This document shows, in pieces, positions 63,326 through 64,000 of a DNA stretch of 64,000 bases (position 1 is its first letter; each line of letters starts with the position of its first letter). The DNA comes from Hydrolagus affinis (Eukaryota), in NCBI GenBank assembly GCA_012026655.1, contig JAAILG010000157.1, positions 1 through 64,000 on the forward strand, read 5' to 3'. The notes under the pieces were generated by a model. It made no database searches and was not told where the DNA came from. It saw nothing but the letters and a program-made list of their open reading frames with translations. Both the position numbers and the translations under genes were made by a program.

Positions 63326-63757
63326 GTAAAGTTTGAATGAAAATCAAGACTTAATCAATTAAATGACCCCCAAAACAAATCCTGGATTGTAAAGTGCAGG
63401 GTGGGGAGAGGAAGAGAAAATGTGTGTGTTGAACTGATATACTGTAATATTGACTCAGAGTGAATCCCTTATGTAGCTTTATTAGCCAGAAAGAAAATTG
63501 ATGCACTGGGTATGTTTCTCGTTTTCAAGGAAGAACTGAAATGAAACTGTTTACATTATTCTTCCTTGAGTACTTGTAATTGTTTTGCTTATAATTCAAT
63601 TTTGTATGCATTAACAGAACTTATTTCACATTAAATGTAAATTCTCAATCCAATAATTTAATTGTTGCTCTGTTGCTAATTAAGATCTGAAATTGTCTTG
63701 TAACCTGCCTCAGATTATTGGCAATTTTACACAACCGGTTTCCTCTTGTTTCTCCAG

Positions 63758-63835
63758 TTTGAAGATGAGTTCTGGCAATCGAATTCCAGAGGTGACATTG
63801 CTGTACTGAAGGAACAGCTGGATGAATTGAATCAT
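63758..63835 (+). CDS. rasef2: RASEF-like coding exon 5; gene continues beyond the window (Rab domain not seen)
   Basis: Strong acceptor TTTCTCCAG. FEDEFWQSNSRGDIAVLKEQLDELNH, 26 aa, aligns with RASEF ...EDVAALKKQIYDLSM as recalled. The donor GTGTGT is weaker. Confidence 0.75.
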
Positions 63836-64000
63836 GTGTGTATCTTTTGCCTGAAGGGATTCCCACGGCTAATAAATGAATGGAATTTTTAAGGATTGCC
63901 AAGGCCTCTTATATTTCTGTCACTACCCCTTCAGTTGTTAGTATTGATGCCAGCTATCTTGCAGGTCCGCCATGCTACAATGCTTCTAGCCGCTCCACCC

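Noticed and set aside
1-64000. Prokaryotic-style systems (CRISPR, operons, retrons, defence islands) or an autonomous transposase/RT gene
   Set aside because: The window is intron-rich vertebrate DNA. No long intact ORF exists other than exons of the two genes, and all RT-related pieces are truncated or decayed.

Overview
Vertebrate genomic DNA, AT-rich and CpG-poor. It is dominated by tRNA-derived Deu-type SINEs, L2 3' ends and old CR1 pieces, which suggests a cartilaginous fish such as the elephant shark (inference, not a database result). Two + strand genes can be rebuilt from splice sites and reading-frame phase. (1) A complete semaphorin-4B-like coding sequence: 14 coding exons at 1372-35154, 2514 nt = 837 aa, with signal peptide, Sema, PSI, Ig-like, TM and cytoplasmic tail, and a probable ~5 kb 3' UTR. 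(2) The first five coding exons (52906-63835) of a RASEF/Rab45-family EF-hand + coiled-coil gene, probably the divergent paralog rasef2, which runs off the window end. There are also three TA-flanked Tc1/mariner (pogo/Tigger-like) non-autonomous elements and a 100-N assembly gap. Most supplied ORFs are spurious. I found no evidence of a wholly new biological system. The best leads are the RASEF paralog with Asp12 EF-hands, the altered SEMA4B PDZ motif (DAVV), a near-perfect intronic hairpin, an in-frame uORF, and a structured series of L2/SINE tail stem-loops. All comparisons to human proteins and repeat consensus sequences are from memory.
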